The notes below the pieces were generated by a model. The model ran no database searches, was not told the DNA's origin, and was given only the letters and a program-made list of their open reading frames with translations. DNA of 53,334 bases. Source: Nemertoderma westbladi. Lineage: Eukaryota > Animalia > Xenacoelomorpha. A program made the translations under genes and the position numbers. The stretch covers positions 1 through 53,334 of the forward strand of contig JAUCBJ010001021.1 in the NCBI GenBank assembly GCA_032718475.1, read 5' to 3'. Shown in pieces: positions 11,426-22,615 of the stretch; position 1 is the first letter of the stretch; the number at the start of each line of letters is the position of its first letter.

Positions 11426-14089
11426 TTGTTGATAGGATCTAGTCCAGATGTGCTTTGGTTCAATTTGGCTATTGAAAAAAATCCACAGAGGGTCGTGCCC
11501 TTAATTATTTCTAGGATATGGGCTTGTTGAACGATCTGCTCTGTAGCTATGGTAACTCAATGGAAGAGATATCACATGGTTTGTGAAACTTCCTGATTCG
11601 TATCCTGGTTAATAATGTATGTTATGTTAAATGTATGTTATATTAGATAGGATTGTAGTTTAGGAATGTTGTATGATATGGGATGAGACTTTATTAATGA
11701 TATATGGGATATGGTATGGAAAAGTACTTCAGGTAAGTTGTACGGGATTTTGCATAGGGTAGGGAGAATTTAGTAGGAGCATAGATATATCTAATGGAAT
11801 GGGATGTAAGTTTAGGGATGTTGAGTGGATGGGATTTATGGATGGGGTTTATGGATGGCACTTCTGGAGTGTTTGTATGATGGAATTTAACTTGGGGATG
11901 TATGAAAGCGAGTGACCGCTCCACCCGCTAGCTGGTTAGAGTGATGGCATTTTAGGAATGAAATATAAACCTACATCAAAATATTTTCTATTCATGAACA
12001 TTACCGACCCGGACAGATGGGTGGCGATTACTGGGTTAACTGCTATTAACATTAACTTGTTATTTATTTGCACCATAGATGGTAATTATATACTATCAAG
12101 ATATATTTTTCTGAGCAAAGTTCTTGTTAATAAGAAAAGCAATTAATTAGCCTTAATTAGGGTACCACCATATGGCCAATTGCCTCTAATTATCTCTCAT
12201 TTAATATGTCGGTTCGTACCATACAAACGTTGCAATGTAAGTTAAACTCTATGCAGAGGGGATGATGTTAATATTGCTTCTATTTCTTATACATCATTTT
12301 GCATGTCTCTATAATTTCCTTTAACACTCTACCATGACAGCAGCTTAGTAACAAAAAACTCAAGCAGGTACGCAAAAATTTTAATAACAAATTCTACATG
12401 AATTTTGGTTGCGCAGAAGACTGTATATTTTTATGTGGCGTTTCGACAACGGGTCCACTGAAAAATAGCCGTTTTGAAAATTTAAAGTCGAATTTCACCG
12501 ATTTCAACTCGTCGAGTATGCACCAACTTTTTTATTTGGGCTATTCAGTCATTTGAGCAACATATTTGAGCCTCAGAATCTTTTTCAAATATCGCCAATC
12601 TCCGACATACGTCGCCAAAGTTTGTTAGTCCGGCAAAAAAAAACGCACAAATTCGTCTAAAAGAGTAAATTATTTGGTTGCAGAATAATATGATTCAACT
12701 AGAAAGGCCAGCAAGCTGGCTATAAGGAGACCGTCTATAACTCTATAGACAAACGTAGTGTTAGTTGGGTCCTTCCCCATTCATTATTATTAACCAACTC
12801 CCTTGCGAACTTGAAATTCTTCATAGGGTAGCATTAGTGTGTGTTAAATATTTTATACAAGCTGATAGCCTTCTCAGTCAAGGTATGAGCGACTGTGAAT
12901 ATTATTACTAATTCCAGGTGAATGATTTTAGTAATAATGTAGGCCTTCAACTTTAGTACTGCAATCATTGGTGTAATTAGAATTATGAGAGGGAAACGTA
13001 TAGGTATTTTTGTTTCAGCTAATGGTATATGTCTGTGTTGTGTATGTAGTAATGGTGAAGATTTACATCCCGCGTGCTTGCACGCCACTAGTTTATTACT
13101 GTAATAATTCTTCACTGACCCCCAGTGGTAGAGTCCTTCGTTATTGAGGCCTCCTTAAGAGAAGCAATGATTTACCATCATACCCTCAATATCATGAATA
13201 TGTTAGGGATATGTTTATATGAGGGTGCGATTTCGAAATGAACATTCTTTTTAAAACGCTTATATAAAAAATTTAAAGGCAAAATCGAAAATTCCGACTT
13301 CATTTTAACAAACACGGTGAGTTGAACTAGTTGTGTTTCAAATTCCAAGCAATATGATAAAGATTTGTAGAAAAAATTTGGGGGGGGGGGGGCGGTCCGT
13401 GTCATCAGAAACAGAAAATGACACTATATTACAGGTAGGTCATCATGGTGTATATTAAATTAATATTTTGTTAAAAAAGATGATAATGCAGATAAGCAGA
13501 AGACGCTGACATGTAAATTGTGCCGAGTAGCAGATACTGCTCAAAGGCACCAAGTTTACAATGGCAAAGTGATATTAGATATATATTATTAAACAGAGTT
13601 GGTCTGAGTTATTAATATTGCACACAAGAATTAAATTTTTGTATTCGGTGAAAGGAATACATTACAGATCCAATCCTAGTGAAAGATAAGCATTCTCCAC
13701 TAATTGAATACCAAATGAACCCCAAATGAGATGATTTCTCCCCAAAAAAATTATTTAGCACCAAATATATTTTTTTGTAGCACCAATTTACATCTCCCAA
13801 TTTCGAATATCACTCTTACATAAAACAATTATTCATCCCCCAAAAACAAGAATTCATCACCAAAAACAATTATTCACACCAAACCCCCCCCCCCCCCCCC
13901 CAAAAAAAAAAAAACAATTATTCATACCCCAGAAACAATTATTCAAGGTCCCTAAAATAATTACTTGTCAACCAAAAACAATTCTTCCAGCACCAAATAT
14001 TTCATGGAAAATATAATTATACAAATTCATTCATTATTTATTTCCATAAATCAAACAAAATGTTTAATCATATTATACCGACGATCCTC

Positions 14090-14593
14090 GGGTGAGTACA
14101 AAACAAAAACCAAAGACCCAATTATAAAGACCTGCAAAATCTTGTAACATGTGTTAATTTCGATTATTGTTTGGTTCCCTCAACAAGCCTCTGGAACCTG
14201 CTCCTTTACTAACCTGCTCCTTTAAATGGAAATGGGACCTAACACTCTTTGGGACCTACCGCTCTTTGGGACCTAACGCTCTTTGGGACCTACCGCTCTT
14301 TGGGACCTAACGCTCTTTGGGACCTGACGCTCTTTGGGACCTACCGCTCTTTGGGACCTACCGCTCTTTGGGACCTAACGCTCTTTGGGACCTGACGCTC
14401 TTTGGGACCTACCGCTCTTTGGGAACTAACGCTCTTTGGGAACTAACGCTCTTTGGGAACTAACGCTCTTTGGGAACTAATGCGACTTTACTTCTTTGTT
14501 TTGTACAGAACGGGCAGTAAAGTCTTGGGTCTTTGTTTTGTACAGAACGGGCAGTAAAGTCTTGGGTCTTTGGTGATTATTTTGTACTCACCC
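14090..14593. mobile_element. Small TIR element (Mutator-like MITE) with a 10-bp TSD
   Basis: TIRs GGGTGAGTACAAAA...CCAAAGACCCAA and their inverse. Flanks are GACGATCCTC (14080-14089) and GACGATTCTC (14594-14603). Confidence 0.65.
14234..14480. repeat. 17-bp tandem repeat, about 14 copies, inside the MITE
   Basis: Unit GGGACCTAACGCTCTTT at 14234, 14251, 14268 and onward. Confidence 0.95.
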
Positions 14594-15499
14594 GACGATT
14601 CTCTTAACACTAGTCTGCAACTGAGAGTCTGTAACTAAGAGTCTGTTTATTTTGGTAGAATAATTGATTATTTTGGGGGAATAAGCATTTATTTTGGGGG
14701 AATATGTATTTATTTTGGGGAAAATTATGCTTATATTTTGGGGGAATATTATGTATTTATTTTCTGGAATTATGTATTTATTTTGGGGGATTATGTATAT
14801 ATTTTGGGAAAATTTGTATTTATTTTGGGAATATTTGTATATATTTTGGGAAAATTTGTATTTATATTGTGGTTTTTTCATTTATTTTGGTGTGAATAAT
14901 TGGTTTTGGGGAGCATTTATTTATTTTGGTGTTGAATAGTTGTTTGGTTAACATTATTTAAATTGGTGTAATATAATTTTTTCGGTTAAATTTTCATCAA
15001 TTTTGGTGTCACTTTAATTGGTAGCCATAAGCTTAACTAGTTTGTTTCCACAGGCATGACATCAGATATACTGAGCCCCTGTGGTGTAACGACTACAAAA
15101 AAACTGGGTAACAAAATACAATGTAGAGACTTGTTGGAAGCTCGACAGACGTGTATATAAAAATAATTGAGTCACATGCTCTCTAGTCTGATTATGACTG
15201 TATCTTCCAAATCTATAGCTTTGGATAAAATTAGCAGAAAAGTAAATTGCTGATTACAAAAAATAACCAACACCAGGTTGCTTTTATTGAGGCGGTTTCC
15301 TATACATTGTATACAGGGGGTTGTGTACAATAAAATTGTTACAGGTAAGCAAAATAATAGAATGCATGTAAATTCAGCCATTGTGTTAGTCATGGTCTCA
15401 TGGAAAAGGAAAAGGGAGTTAAACAAAATCTGATATTAGTTTGTTATAGTTTATATAGAGGAATAAAAGGGCGACACCCTTTTATAATTTGTGCTTTAA

Positions 15500-15725
15500 G
15501 CAACAAAGCCGCCTCCGCTTTACAGGACATTGCTTTCGCCGTGAGGACCAGGCAGTGCATAATCTTGTGCTTTGGCAGCCCCATGGAGAAAATAAGCATG
15601 GTGAACAGCCCATGACTTTCTTGAGACACCCTTTGAGGGACACTGGCCTTGAAGATGCGGACAATAGGATAGCATCTCAATATGCGGTTTCAAAGAAACA
15701 GGCCGATTATAGTAGTAGTATATTA
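15500..15725 (+). mobile_element. 3' fragment of an RTE-like LINE
   Basis: Similar to 18965-19130 and 11185-11330, and ends in GTAGTAGTA. Confidence 0.7.
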
Positions 15726-16599
15726 CTGTAAGATTTTTACAAGTTAGTTTACTTATATTTACAATGTACTACTCAATATAATTGGTGGCCCATAGTGAGT
15801 ATAGAAATAGTATAGGCTACGATGAGATTAGATTAGGGTAACGTTTTACCTACATTTTAGGTAGATACTCTGACTATAATGTGATAGTGTGGAATGCTTG
15901 GGATCAGATAGTATCTGGTAGAAATAGTATCATGGGAAATAAGATATTAGATTAGCTGGAATAATGATGAAGGATTTAGGCCGTAATATAGAGCAGACTG
16001 TTCATCATAATTTTTTATGAGTATTTTTTAATTTAATATTTATTGCAGATATGTATACTTGTCCATATAGACATCCATAAACTAATTTATATTATACATT
16101 ATTACTCTACTCATCAACGTTAAAATGACTCATAAATTTTAGAGATAAACAAACGTTACGGATATGTAAAGAATAATGTTTGGACGCACACACTATTAAA
16201 TAAGCTACTAATTGAATATCTTCTAATGATCTATAGTATACACGAAGTGGGGCCTTCGCGCAGCACGTGACTTAAATTTAATTTAAGTACTAATTCGAAA
16301 GTATTACTGTATTAGCAAATTTTAAGCAGATTTCGCCTAATCACTTTTTACCTCTTTCATTTCTATTCAGACATTTCTGACTCTAGCGGTATAGTGAGAA
16401 CTGAAGATGGATTAGGGTCTCCAGCCCCACAAAGACACAGCCTATGGATGAATAGTACATACGTACATCGGCCAAGTTTCATCTTGAATAACGGATAACG
16501 AAATGAGAGACGGATCTCACTTTCAGAAATTTCGTCGTATAGCGGCAGACCGATTAAATCTCCCCCCCCCCCCCCCCCCACAAAGACGCAGCATGTGGT

Positions 16600-18012
16600 C
16601 CAGAATATATGGCAAGATTCAGCTTAAACTGATTAAAATCAATGAGACGGGAGAATCTATTCACTTTCAGGCATAAAGTAGTCCTATAGCGGGTGACTGT
16701 TGAACTGATTTTCAACAAAACAAATTTTCAACTTGGCAGCTTTAAATTCGACAAAGTTATAAGCATGTCAATATCATAACGACGACAACGATTTCACTTT
16801 CAGACATTTGGCCCTCTAGCGGCAGACTGGAGAACTGCAGATGGATTCGCCTCCTTTGAAAGTCACAGCTAATGGTCTAATACATATCTGCCAAGTTTCA
16901 GCTTAAACGGATTAAAAGCAAAGAAATGGGAGGGCATTTAATGTTTAGACATGTGGCCCTCTAGCGGGAGACCATTGCACTGATGGTGTCTGAAAGTCTC
17001 TCAAAAATCTCAACTTTAGCTCATATTGATACCTACAAATTTTCAACTTGGCAGCTTTAAATCCGACAAAGTTATTAGCATGTCAAAATCGTAACGACGA
17101 CAACGATTTCACTTTCAGACCTTTGGCCCTCTAGCGGCAGACTGGAGAACTGCAGATGGATTCGCCTCCTTTGAAAGTCACAGCTAATGGTCTAATACAT
17201 ATCTGCCAAGTTTCAGCTTAAACGGATTAAAAGCAAAGAAATGGGAGGGCATTTAATGTTTAGACATGTGGCCCTCTAGCGGCAGACTGGAGAACTGCAG
17301 ATGGATTCGCCTCCTTTGAAAGTCACAGCTAATGGTCTAATACATATCTGCCAAGTTTCAGCTTAAACGGATTAAAAGCAAAGAAATGGGAGGGCATTTA
17401 ATGTTTAGACATGTGGCCCTCTAGCGGGAGACCATTGCACTGATGGTGTCTGAAAGTCTCTCAAAAATCTCAACTTTAGCTCATATTGATACCTACAAAT
17501 TTTCAACTTGGCAGCTTTAAATCCGACACAGTTATTAGCATGTCAAAATCGTAACGACGACAACGATTTCACTTTCAGACCTTTGGCCCTCTAGCGGCAG
17601 ACTGGAGAACTGCAGATGGATTCGCCTCCTTTGAAAGTCACAGCTAATGGTCTAATACATATCTGCCAAGTTTCAGCTTAAACGGATTAAAAGCAAAGAA
17701 ATGGGAGGGCATTTAATGTTTAGACATGTGGCCCTCTAGCGGGAGACCATTGCACTGATGGTGTCTGAAAGTCTCTCAAAAATCTCAACTTTTGCTCATA
17801 TTGATACCTACAAATTTTCAACTTGGCAGCTTTAAATCCGACAAAGTTATTAGCATGTCAAAATCGTAACGACGACGACGACGACAACGACGACGACGAC
17901 AACGACGACGACGACAACGACGACGACGACGACGACGACAACGACGACGACGACAACTATTTGCATAAATTGACCCACCCCCTAACAGTGTCAATTCGCT
18001 AAGGCTCCGCCA
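16600..18012 (+). repeat. 145/170-bp satellite-like array plus (GAC/AAC)n tail, probably the core of a Helentron/DINE-type element
   Basis: GGCCCTCTAGC anchors at 16810, 16955, 17125, 17270, 17415, 17585 and 17730. Microsatellite at 17868-17957, then a GCTAAGGCTC 3' motif like that at ~53024. Confidence 0.7.
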
Positions 18013-18400
18013 ACTTCGTGATACTGCCCATAGGCTCCTCTGCTCATTGGAGCAGGTTGCTTCTAGTGTTGGTCTTTTTGTAAATACCAAGAAGACCAAA
18101 ATCATCACAGTCAACCTACACAGCCCACAAGAAATGTCGGATCTCAAGGGCATAAGCTCTAAGGATGGCTTGCTTGAGCACGTGGATGACTTCTGCTACT
18201 CGGGATCATGGATCAGAAAGCCAGGTGAAGACCAAGATCGGTATGTAAGGGGAAGGCATGGGCAGCGTTAGATAGTCTGTCTAGGATTTGGAAGTCCCAT
18301 AAAATAAAAGGAACCTTAAGGTTCGATTATTTATAGATGTAATATTATGGTTTTGTTCAGAAATGGAAAAATTAGAAAGCGCGTCACCGGGGGTTGAACC

Positions 18401-18446
18401 AGTGCTATACGTACGTTTCAGCCTATCATGCCTCATCAGTAGCGCT
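18401..18446 (-). ncRNA. Minimal type I hammerhead ribozyme
   Basis: Minus strand reads AGCGCTA-CTGATGA-GGCAT GAT AGGCT-GAAA-CGTACG-TA-TAGCACT. Core intact, with single mismatches in stems I and II. Confidence 0.75.
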
Positions 18447-18607
18447 AACCAGTTCAGCCACTTGTCCCTGACATTCTCTATCCCACCTAATCCACTTCTA
18501 TTGAACAGGCAGTCTTAAGTTGTTGGATATGAAACTTAAGACTGTCTGTTCAATAGATGTGGATTAGGTGGGATAGTGAATGTCAGGGACAAGTGGCTGA
18601 ACTGGTT

Positions 18608-18653
18608 AGCGCTACTGATGAGGCCTGATGGGCTGAAACGTAGGTATAGCGCT
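18608..18653 (+). ncRNA. Minimal type I hammerhead ribozyme between tRNA-like A and B boxes
   Basis: AGCGCTA-CTGATGA-GGCCT GAT GGGCT-GAAA-CGTAGG-TA-TAGCGCT, with a perfect 7-bp stem I and predicted cleavage after GUA at 18646. A box TGGCTGAACTGG at 18594-18605, B-box-like GGTTCAACACCC at 18654-18665, T-run at 18683-18687. Confidence 0.8.
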
Positions 18654-19676
18654 GGTTCAACACCCAGTGACGCACTTTCTCATTTTTCCATTTCTGAACA
18701 GAACCATAATATTACATCTTTAATTACAGTTGCATTAACAGCTCAACTCCAATTTATCGATTATTTATGGCAGCAGTAGTACCAGTACATATATGGGAGT
18801 CCATGCTTGGCTCTAACTGCAGAGGATACCAAATCTCTGGATGGCACTTTCACAAGAATGCTGCGCCGGGTTCATTGTGTCAAGTATAATGAACACATCT
18901 CCAATCAGACTCTATACAACATTGCATGTGTTCCATTAGTCTCCCCTAGCTTGACATTTGAACAGAACCGCGTCCGCTTTGCAGGATATTGCTTTCACTG
19001 TGAGGGCCAGCCAGTGCATAATCTTTTGCTTTGGCGCACTCATGGAGCGAAGAAGCATGGTGGACAGCCCATGACATTCTTGAGACGCATCTTAAGGACA
19101 CTGGCCTTGATGATGCAGATGATCTAGCAAATTGCAAATGTCATGGGTGATAGGGAGTTGTGGCGGCGCAACTTTGTCGACTAGCCGACAGCATTCTTAA
19201 TATATATGTAATATATATATAATGCAGCTACAATGCAGTATGTCGATCGTAGTAGTATACTCCCCATAGGAAACTCCAGTACACATTTAGTTACCTGAAA
19301 TGTATATGAGTAAACTATATATAAACTATATTAGTACCAGGTTATTTCAGAGCGAGAAGTTCAGGGAGGGACCGCTATGGACATAGTCGCCATACTTTCT
19401 GTGTAATTCCCCATTAATTGGTTATTCTGTTCTGTACATAGGTGTTGACCAAAGTGATATTTAGTCAGATTTCCATTATAAACTTACCGCATATTAAGTT
19501 AATTAATTGAAATACAGCATATAATTATGTAATATAGTTTAGCTGTTACCATTACCCTCATAATATTAACAATGAACGTACATTAACGTACAGCGAGTAC
19601 TGCTTTAATAAATATAATATTAAGATAACAACCCTAAACAAATATGGTTTTTATTTATTTTTAATCCCAAACTTAC

Positions 19677-20224
19677 CGGAGATTCGTCTCCTTCTATTAT
19701 CTCAACATCATCTATGTCGCTATCAGTCATCTCGTCCTCACAATCTATCGATTCATTAATCCCTAGTATAATTTCTTCTTGAGGCAAGTCAATCGGATGG
19801 GTATTATCGTTTAATAATTTGGATTCGTTAACATGATGGCCATTAGTTGACCCTGAGTGGCCATTACTTGGCCCTGAGTGGCCATTAGTTGACCCTGAGT
19901 GGCCATTACTTGACATTGGATGAGTATTACTTGATCCAGAATTGGCAATACCCGACGTTACTGGATGGATGTTATCCGAGTCTGATTGAGTTTTATTGAA
20001 GTCTGAATGGGAATGATTTGTATTTGAATGTGTATTATTGCAAATTAACTGTGATTTATTGGGCTGGGAATTACAACGGTGGGACACCGCAGTGGATCTC
20101 GTTTGAGCACCGGTTCCGACATTGGTACCGCTATTTGTTTCTGTTTCCAGCAAACAATCACCCCCAGAAATTAATGGTCCAACTGTATCTACTTTATCTT
20201 CTGTCCATTCGTTCCCCATGTCAA
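19677..20224 (-). CDS. TTC39B: TTC39 gene, exon encoding a low-complexity N-terminal extension
   Basis: Acceptor tttctatttccag|TT at 20225 and donor CCG|GTAAGT at 19676 (phase 0, matching 9133). Open frame rich in S/N/H with an acidic end. Linkage to TTC39 is inferred from strand and phase. Confidence 0.7.
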
Positions 20225-20930
20225 CTGGAAATAGAAACAACAATTTAGATTAGGTAAAACTACCTTCCGCTTAGCAGCCTACACATAACCAAATCTTACA
20301 CCCGTACCAATCTCAATAAGTTGTAATGAATATGAAATCTGAAACTGAATCTGAACAGCTTTAAAATGAAATATATGACTTATATGTCAGTGTGAGGGTG
20401 AGCCTGGAATTCATCACGACCATAAAACAAGTATAATGATACGCATTTCAGGCCATTAACAAAAGTATCCAATAGTCCAGACTCTAGCCTGACCAGACGC
20501 AAAAATTCAACCACATATAAAATTTCACATAACATATATCCTGTTTTACATATGGAGTTGTACAATATTGTACTTTGTTAGCGAACTTAGCGAAGTTATT
20601 ATGCTACTCATTCCACTTCCCCAGCGTTCTTTATATAGCTAACACCCAGTCCCATACCAATAATAAACTAAGCAAGCCAAATTGTTCGCAAATTAACCCA
20701 ACCTTATAAGTCTGACGGAATCGCAGATTATTTGTCATTATTGTGTTATTATGAGAAATTATCGGTGCAGTTAATCAACCGCATTCGCATACTGCTCTCA
20801 GTAAACAAATTATCACCTAACTGTATTATTATAGTTCTTATTGTTTGGTTTTAGATGGTGCTGATGTGCTTTGGTACGATACTACCATCAAAGTGATCTA
20901 GTTATGTGATATCTTGCACTTAACATTCAT

Positions 20931-21117
20931 GATGTAATATAAAGGTTTTTGTTCAGAAAGGGAAAAAATGAGGAAGCAGGTCACCGGGGTTTGAACCAGC
21001 GCTATAAGTACTTATCGACCTATCAGGCCTCATCAGTAGCGCTAACCATTTCAGCGACTTGCCCCTGACACTGGCTCTCCCACCTAATTCAATTCCATTG
21101 AACAGGCAGTCTTAACA
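20931..21117 (-). mobile_element. Third, single copy of the hammerhead/tRNA-like unit (ribozyme at 20998-21043, core GAAA mutated to GATA)
   Basis: Aligns by eye with 18336-18518. Confidence 0.75.
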
Positions 21118-21271
21118 TTCATACAGTATAACACCTATCTACCCAGACCTATCAAGTGACAATGACCCGGTCGCGGTCACCCATAGCGAGACCTGTCGTG
21201 TCTCGGAACAACCTTAAGTTTTCTCAATCCGAATTTAACATAAATATTGTTAATAGGCTTACTTTACTAAC

Positions 21272-21293
21272 CTAACATTGAAGGCGAAGCCAT
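21272..21293 (-). CDS. TTC39B: Candidate first coding exon of TTC39 (MASPSML + 1 nt)
   Basis: ATG at 21293 and donor AG|GTTAGT at 21271. Phase 1 joins the TT at 20224 to give an open frame. The four exons total 2325 nt (774 aa). Confidence 0.45.
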
Positions 21294-22239
21294 TCTGCAA
21301 GTATAACTCTACAGCCCCTGATAAGAGTTCAGCGATGTCCAACAAACTCGAAAGTCCACCGCTTCCCCAATCGATACAGAAATCTGTTTAATTAGGTTAT
21401 CGTCGTCCCATTACATTAACAGCAAAACAGCATCACACAATAATATAAAATTATATAATATCTTATTTTATATAAAACTTACGGTATGAAACAGCACAAT
21501 GATACTATATAGTGAATCGTTTAATTTATGACTTTTTTTAACATTAACAATAAAATTGAACCTTTACATTAAGCAATCTTGAAGTAGGTTAAATATAATT
21601 TTTTAAAAGTCAGTGTTGTTATTTATAAATAATGCTAACATTAAAAATAGTTAGTGAGACACTGTAGGATATTTGATGCCAACTTGATGACAGTAGGTAT
21701 GTACATGTAGTATGTATTACATTAGTAAGTATGTGCGTACTGTGCGAAATATGTTCAACCAGCTTTTTACTTATATAACAACATACGACACAATCGGTTC
21801 TATGTTGTATACATAAGTGTTGTGTTAATTCCACATCGGGGCCTCTGAAGGGTATTAATTAGCTCACAGCAGCAGTTACACAGCAAGTGCAATAGTGCTT
21901 GTAGCACAAGTATAGTGGCAACACATGTCATTGCCTACTATTGATTATTTTTGTTACAACAACAACAGCAGGACTACTAATGTAGGAGGTCTTCCTTCTT
22001 TCAAACTATGCTCCACACTGTTATGTTATCGGTGAACTGGAAACAAGAATCGAAACTCCATAGGCGACCTCAAGGTTCCCTCTCTTGACTATTCCCTGTA
22101 AGCTGTAAGGAAAGGGACGAGGCCCCTTTTATTCCAAGGTTGAATACTTTGATAAACCCCATTTTTACTCACTCGGACTAATAAAGGTTTCCATTACAGC
22201 TGTATGAGCTGAGACCGATTCCTTAAGGTTGGGTGCAAC

Positions 22240-22615
22240 CTTCGCCCACAGGGCAATCTTCGCCCGCGACTAACCTTGGCCCACTAAGATTTGTGTTAGT
22301 AAACATTTTAGTTACCAATTTAGGGAAATGAGCAGGTTATAGAGACGGCTTTTTCTAACCAAAACAATAAACGATGTTGTTACCATTTAAGGGAAATGAG
22401 CAGGTTACAGAGACGGCTTTTTCTAACCAAAACAATAAACGATGTTGTTACCATTTAAGGGAAATGAGCAGGTTAGAGAGACCGCTTTTTCTAACCAAAA
22501 CAATAATTCTTTAGTGGGCGAAAGTTGCTCGCGGGCGAAGATTTCCTGCGGGCGAAGGTTTCCGCCGGGCGATAGTTGCTCATTTTGAGGGCGAAGATAG
22601 CTCCGGGCGAAGTTT
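22240..22615. mobile_element. MITE/foldback with inverted TTCGCCC/GGGCGAA repeats and a ~68-bp internal tandem
   Basis: CTTCGCCC...CCCACTAAG on the left and TTAGTGGGCGAA... on the right. Three AGGGAAATGAGCAGGTT units inside, with a related unit at ~885-940. Confidence 0.55.

Larger units (their letters stand above)
13715..15030. mobile_element. Foldback-like element with inverted CCCCAAAA/TTTTGGGG subterminal arrays (boundaries approximate)
   Basis: 13720-14000 is rich in CCCCAAAA..ATTATTC units, and 14650-15030 carries the reverse-complement units. Confidence 0.4.
18335..18756. mobile_element. Inserted ~420-bp element made of two inverted ~190-bp arms, each with a hammerhead ribozyme; 12-bp TSD
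   Basis: Arms 18335-18520 and ~18534-18719 are reverse complements. TCGATTATTTAT is duplicated at 18323-18334 and 18757-18768, and removing the insert restores the LINE reading LKVRLFMAAV. Confidence 0.8.
18014..19255 (+). pseudogene. 5'-truncated, decayed RTE-like non-LTR retrotransposon (RT C-terminal region), interrupted by an insertion
   Basis: Translates LLCSLEQVASSVGLFVNTKKTKI, VDDFCYSGSWI, LKVRLF, LDGTFTRMLRRV and RVRFAGYC, all typical post-YADD LINE RT motifs. Confidence 0.8.

Noticed and set aside
20202-20219. MGNEWT N-myristoylation signal on TTC39
   Set aside because: A phase-compatible upstream coding exon suggests this Met is internal.
21310-21370. Hammerhead-like CTGATAA-GAGTT...AACTC-GAAA
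   Set aside because: The core G8 is replaced and no stem I can be formed.
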